Below, in pieces: positions 58,368 to 61,170 of a DNA stretch of 61,170 bases (positions within the stretch are counted from its first letter, which is position 1; the number at the start of each line of letters is the position of its first letter). Source of the stretch: an uncultured Bacilli bacterium. Its GTDB lineage: Bacteria; Bacillota_I; Bacilli_A; RF39; UBA660. Below the pieces are notes generated by a model. The model saw nothing but the letters and a program-made list of their open reading frames with translations. It made no database searches and was not told where the DNA came from. The translations under genes were made by a program, and so were the position numbers. The stretch lies in assembly GCA_947627995.1 (NCBI GenBank), contig CANQYE010000001.1, positions 74,889-136,058 of the forward strand, read 5' to 3'.

Positions 58368-58763
58368 ATGAATACGAAAATTGTTTTAACTGGAATTTTA
58401 AAATCTAACGATGAATTTTTAGTAGTTAAAAGAAGCGAAAATGATGATTTATACCCTGGGGCATGGGAATTCCCCGGAGGTCATTTAGAAAATGGTGAAA
58501 CCTTAAAAGAAGGTTTAAAAAGAGAACTATTTGAAGAAATTGGTTTTAATTCAGAATTTGAACCAATTATTACCCATTATTATGATGAAGTTAAAAATAA
58601 AAATGATGAATTGATTCATGATTTAGAAATTGATTTTATTATTAATGTTAATAAATCAGATGTTAATGTTATATTAAGTGATGAACATTGTGATTATAAG
58701 TGGGTAAATAAAGATTCTGAATTATTAGATGAGTACATTAAAGATAAATTGTCAAACATATAA
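58368..58763 (+). CDS. Nudix hydrolase (MutT-like), copy 2, paralogous to 53990..54439
   Basis: Nudix box GGHLENGETLKEGLKRELFEEIGF. The C-terminal LSDEHCDYKWVNKDSELLDEYI parallels LSEEHTAYVWATRDSEYVDEFI of copy 1. Confidence 0.85.
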   Translation: MNTKIVLTGILKSNDEFLVVKRSENDDLYPGAWEFPGGHLENGETLKEGLKRELFEEIGFNSEFEPIITHYYDEVKNKNDELIHDLEIDFIINVNKSDVNVILSDEHCDYKWVNKDSELLDEYIKDKLSNI

Positions 58764-58769
58764 TAAAAT

Positions 58770-58804
58770 AAGTAAGTTAGAATGAACTGAACTTGCTTTT
58801 TTTC
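58770..58804 (+). terminator. Rho-independent terminator closing the nine-gene operon
   Basis: AAGTAAGTT ... AACTTGCTT 9-bp stem (one G-U pair) followed by a T7 run. Confidence 0.6.
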
Positions 58805-58873
58805 TTTTAAGTAAATATTTTTGTTAGTTTTTGATAAATATATGATATAATTGATATAGTACGGGGTGAGATT

Positions 58874-60979
58874 ATGGGAATAGGTGTTTATTTTTCAACA
58901 AGTTCATTTATAATTATTACCATATTAACTTATATATTTTATTCTAAAAAAAGAGTAGAAAATATTGAAACTAAGACATATGGAAAAATATTATTTTTAA
59001 CTTTATTTGGTTTATTTTTAGAAGTTGCGACTTGTATTTGGTATGTTACTGGAGTTAGTTTAGACAATATTTTATATCAATTTGTTTCAAAATTAACTTC
59101 GTCATACTACATGGTTTGGAGTAGCTTATTTGTTAATTATTTAATGAATATTTGTAATGTTAATAAAAATTTTAAAAAAGGATTTAATATTCTTAATGTT
59201 CTATGTTTTGTTGCTATTTTAATTTTACCAATATCTTATGATACTGATAGAATGGGAGTATTGCCAATAGGGCCTGCAATTTATTTAACATATTTTGTTT
59301 GTCTTGTTTATGCAATTATTGATTTGGTTATATGTTTAAAATATAGAAAAAGTATTTCTAGTAAAAAATTTACTCCTGTTTATTCTTTATTGCTATTAGG
59401 TGGTATTGATATTATTTTAGGAGTATTCTTTCCATCTTTATTCTTAATTGGTTATGTATATTCTTTAATTGTAATTATAATGTATTTTACGATAGAAAAT
59501 CCTGATATAAAAATGGTAAATCAATTGGAGCTTGCTAAAGATCAAGCTGAAAGGGCAAATAGAGCGAAAAGTGATTTTTTAAGTTCTATGTCACATGAAA
59601 TTAGAACACCACTTAATGCAATAGTTGGATTATCTGAAGATAATATTAGTTATGCAGATAAATGTCCTCCTGAAGTTGTAGAAAATTCACACGATATAAT
59701 GACAGCTAGTCAAACATTACTTGAAATAGTAGGTAATATATTGGATATTAATAAAATAGAAGCAAACAAAATGGAAATTGTTGAATCACCATATAATTTT
59801 GTTAAAGAAATATCAGATATGTGCAAGATTACACAAACTAGAATTGGTGAAAAAAATGTAATGTTTCATTTAAATATGGCAGAAGATATCCCATATGAAT
59901 TAATTGGTGATAAAGCTAAAGTTAAAGAAATAATTAATAATTTACTTACTAATGCTATAAAGTATACAGAACAAGGTGATATAAATTTAAATATTAAATG
60001 TATTAATGATACAAATAAAAATATTTCAAATTTAATTATTTCTTGTCAAGATACTGGAAGAGGAATTAAAGCTGAATATATAAATAAACTATTTACTAAG
60101 TTTGAAAGATTAGATATAGAAAAAAATACAACAACAGAGGGAACTGGTTTAGGGCTTGCTATCACCAAAGCATTAATTGAAATGATGGGTGGAAAAATAA
60201 ATGTTCAATCACAATTTGGTAAGGGATCAATCTTTGTAGTTCAAATACCTCAAAAGATAAGTAAAATTGCAAAACCTATGACGGAGAGAGAAATGATGGA
60301 TACAGCTACTAGATTATATTCTAACAATAATATCAATAATGTAGTAAAACAACCTAGTGAATCTCAACCAACAACAATATCATCTTCACAGACAAATCCA
60401 TCAAGTAATTATGGTAATAAAAAAATATTAATAGTTGATGATAATAAGTTAAATATTAAAGTGGCTCGTAGAGCATTGCAAGATTTTAATTTTGAAATAG
60501 AGGAATGTTATGATGGACAAGAATGTCTAGATCATGTTGTAAATGGAAATGAATACGATTTAATATTAATGGATATAATGATGCCTAATATGAGTGGAGA
60601 AACTGCAATCGCTAAATTAAAAGAAAATCCTAATTTTAAAATTCCAACAATTGCTTTAACTGCTGATGCAGTTGCAGGAGCAAGAGAAAAGTATATTGGT
60701 GAAGGATTTATTGATTATATAGCAAAACCATTTAACAAAGATCAAATAAAGGAAAAATTAGATTTAGTGTTTGGTAGTACAATTTCATCAGTACAAAATA
60801 TAAAAGAAAAAGATGAAGTATTTGATGCTTTATCTGATATGTCAAAACCAATACAAGAGATTGAACTTCCTAATACTGTAAATACAACTCCAAAGTTTGA
60901 TTCAACGATAGATAGGTTTAAAGACGCTGAAATTCATGTTATAACTGATAATACTGATAAAAATGAAAGTAATGAGTAA
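58874..60979 (+). CDS. Hybrid sensor histidine kinase with a C-terminal receiver domain and a polytopic N-terminal sensor
   Basis: About 6 TM helices. [12 protein letters not shown]-box, [16 protein letters not shown] and GTGLGLAI ATPase boxes. REC domain: [27 protein letters not shown]. Confidence 0.9.
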   Translation: MGIGVYFSTSSFIIITILTYIFYSKKRVENIETKTYGKILFLTLFGLFLEVATCIWYVTGVSLDNILYQFVSKLTSSYYMVWSSLFVNYLMNICNVNKNFKKGFNILNVLCFVAILILPISYDTDRMGVLPIGPAIYLTYFVCLVYAIIDLVICLKYRKSISSKKFTPVYSLLLLGGIDIILGVFFPSLFLIGYVYSLIVIIMYFTIENPDIKMVNQLELAKDQAERANRAKSDFLSSMSHEIRTPLNAIVGLSEDNISYADKCPPEVVENSHDIMTASQTLLEIVGNILDINKIEANKMEIVESPYNFVKEISDMCKITQTRIGEKNVMFHLNMAEDIPYELIGDKAKVKEIINNLLTNAIKYTEQGDINLNIKCINDTNKNISNLIISCQDTGRGIKAEYINKLFTKFERLDIEKNTTTEGTGLGLAITKALIEMMGGKINVQSQFGKGSIFVVQIPQKISKIAKPMTEREMMDTATRLYSNNNINNVVKQPSESQPTTISSSQTNPSSNYGNKKILIVDDNKLNIKVARRALQDFNFEIEECYDGQECLDHVVNGNEYDLILMDIMMPNMSGETAIAKLKENPNFKIPTIALTADAVAGAREKYIGEGFIDYIAKPFNKDQIKEKLDLVFGSTISSVQNIKEKDEVFDALSDMSKPIQEIELPNTVNTTPKFDSTIDRFKDAEIHVITDNTDKNESNE

Positions 60980-60996
60980 AATCATTACTTTTTTTG
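60968..60996 (+). terminator. Rho-independent terminator after the kinase gene
   Basis: AGTAATGA-GTAAAA-TCATTACT hairpin overlapping the stop codon, followed by T7. Confidence 0.65.
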
Positions 60997-61027
60997 TGAT
61001 ATAATGGTAGATAAGAGTGGTGATGAT

Positions 61028-61170
61028 ATGAATATTGAAAAAATCAAACATCTATTAGCTAAGGATAATAGAGTTATTTTTAAATTATATAGCTTAGAAT
61101 ATGCAATCGAAATTGTAGATAATCAAGTTCGTATTTATTCACTGACATATCCTGATAATATTAAGTTTTA
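61028..61170 (+). CDS. Hypothetical protein, 3'-truncated by the window edge
   Basis: An ATG after a TGTGATATAAT extended -10 and a GGTGATGA SD-like stretch. The frame is open to the end of the window (MNIEKIKHLLAKDNRVIF...). Confidence 0.3.
   Translation, partial: MNIEKIKHLLAKDNRVIFKLYSLEYAIEIVDNQVRIYSLTYPDNIKF

Noticed and set aside
52604-58763. Ordinary O-antigen, capsule or NDP-aminosugar locus (because of the DegT-family enzyme).
   Set aside because: The island has no sugar-1-phosphate nucleotidyltransferase, NDP-sugar 4,6-dehydratase, epimerase, glycosyltransferase, flippase or polymerase. The neighbours are PRTase, Nudix, dNMP-kinase-like and deoxyribonucleotidase-like enzymes instead.
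46051-58860. Direct repeats (att-like) flanking the island: ATTGATAT occurs at 46051-46058 and again near 58848.
   Set aside because: An 8-nt AT-rich match is expected by chance in DNA of this composition. No longer flanking repeat was found by eye.
1-61170. Looked for rRNA, tRNA, tmRNA, CRISPR arrays, IS elements and long direct or inverted repeats.
   Set aside because: Intergenic regions are short (mostly under 130 nt) and AT-rich. I saw no GC-rich cloverleaf-like segments, no regularly spaced repeats and no transposase-like ORFs. A covariance-model scan (tRNAscan-SE/Infernal) would be needed to exclude small ncRNAs formally.
1-61170. Alternative genetic code (UGA=Trp, as in Mycoplasmatota), suggested by the extreme AT richness.
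   Set aside because: Conserved genes end at TGA at their expected lengths (for example the yqxA-like gene at 4586-4588 and the XRE gene at 46728-46730). Full-length orthologue-like ORFs are obtained with the standard code, and sporulation genes indicate a walled Bacillota.

Overview
This 61.2-kb window comes from a very AT-rich, endospore-forming Bacillota (Firmicutes) chromosome using the standard genetic code. I found no rRNA, tRNA or CRISPR array. From 1 to 46 kb the genes are core housekeeping and sporulation genes in Bacillus-like synteny blocks: U32 pair-greA; gpr-spoIIP-yqxA-lepA-hemW; radC-mreC-mreD; pdp, tig, lon; spoVID-ysxE; ylbJ/ylbL-like; mutS; nusB-xseA-xseB-spoIVB; mscL, def, ftsW/rodA-family, srtB; rimM-trmD; xerC/D-like; ppdK. 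This stretch also holds an orphan trio of prepilin-type genes and a pair of tandem paralogous unknown genes. Directly after ppdK, at 46.0-48.0 kb, lies a decayed conjugative-element remnant: an XRE regulator, a 22-codon ParB-like stub and the C-terminal half of a VirD4/TraG coupling protein. An accessory island follows at 48.1-58.8 kb and looks slightly less AT-rich by eye. It encodes an ANL adenylate-forming ligase with a consensus promoter and long leader, an AckA-family kinase, an unknown 218-aa protein, and a short HTH-WYL regulator. Behind these sits a nine-gene, translationally coupled operon encoding a Dam-fold protein with altered catalytic motifs, a Gpt-like PRTase, a Nudix hydrolase, a radical SAM enzyme with a Cys-rich C-terminus, a Tmk-like kinase, a DegT-family PLP enzyme, a VUT/YhhQ transporter, an NT5C-type HAD phosphatase (apparently ATT-initiated) and a second paralogous Nudix. 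This operon is my main candidate for an undescribed system. It could make a modified nucleoside or nucleotide used as an antimetabolite, as an antiviral nucleotide analogue, or for nucleic-acid hypermodification. The window ends with a hybrid sensor kinase. All functional calls rest on motifs read from the supplied translations and on synteny; no database search was possible.
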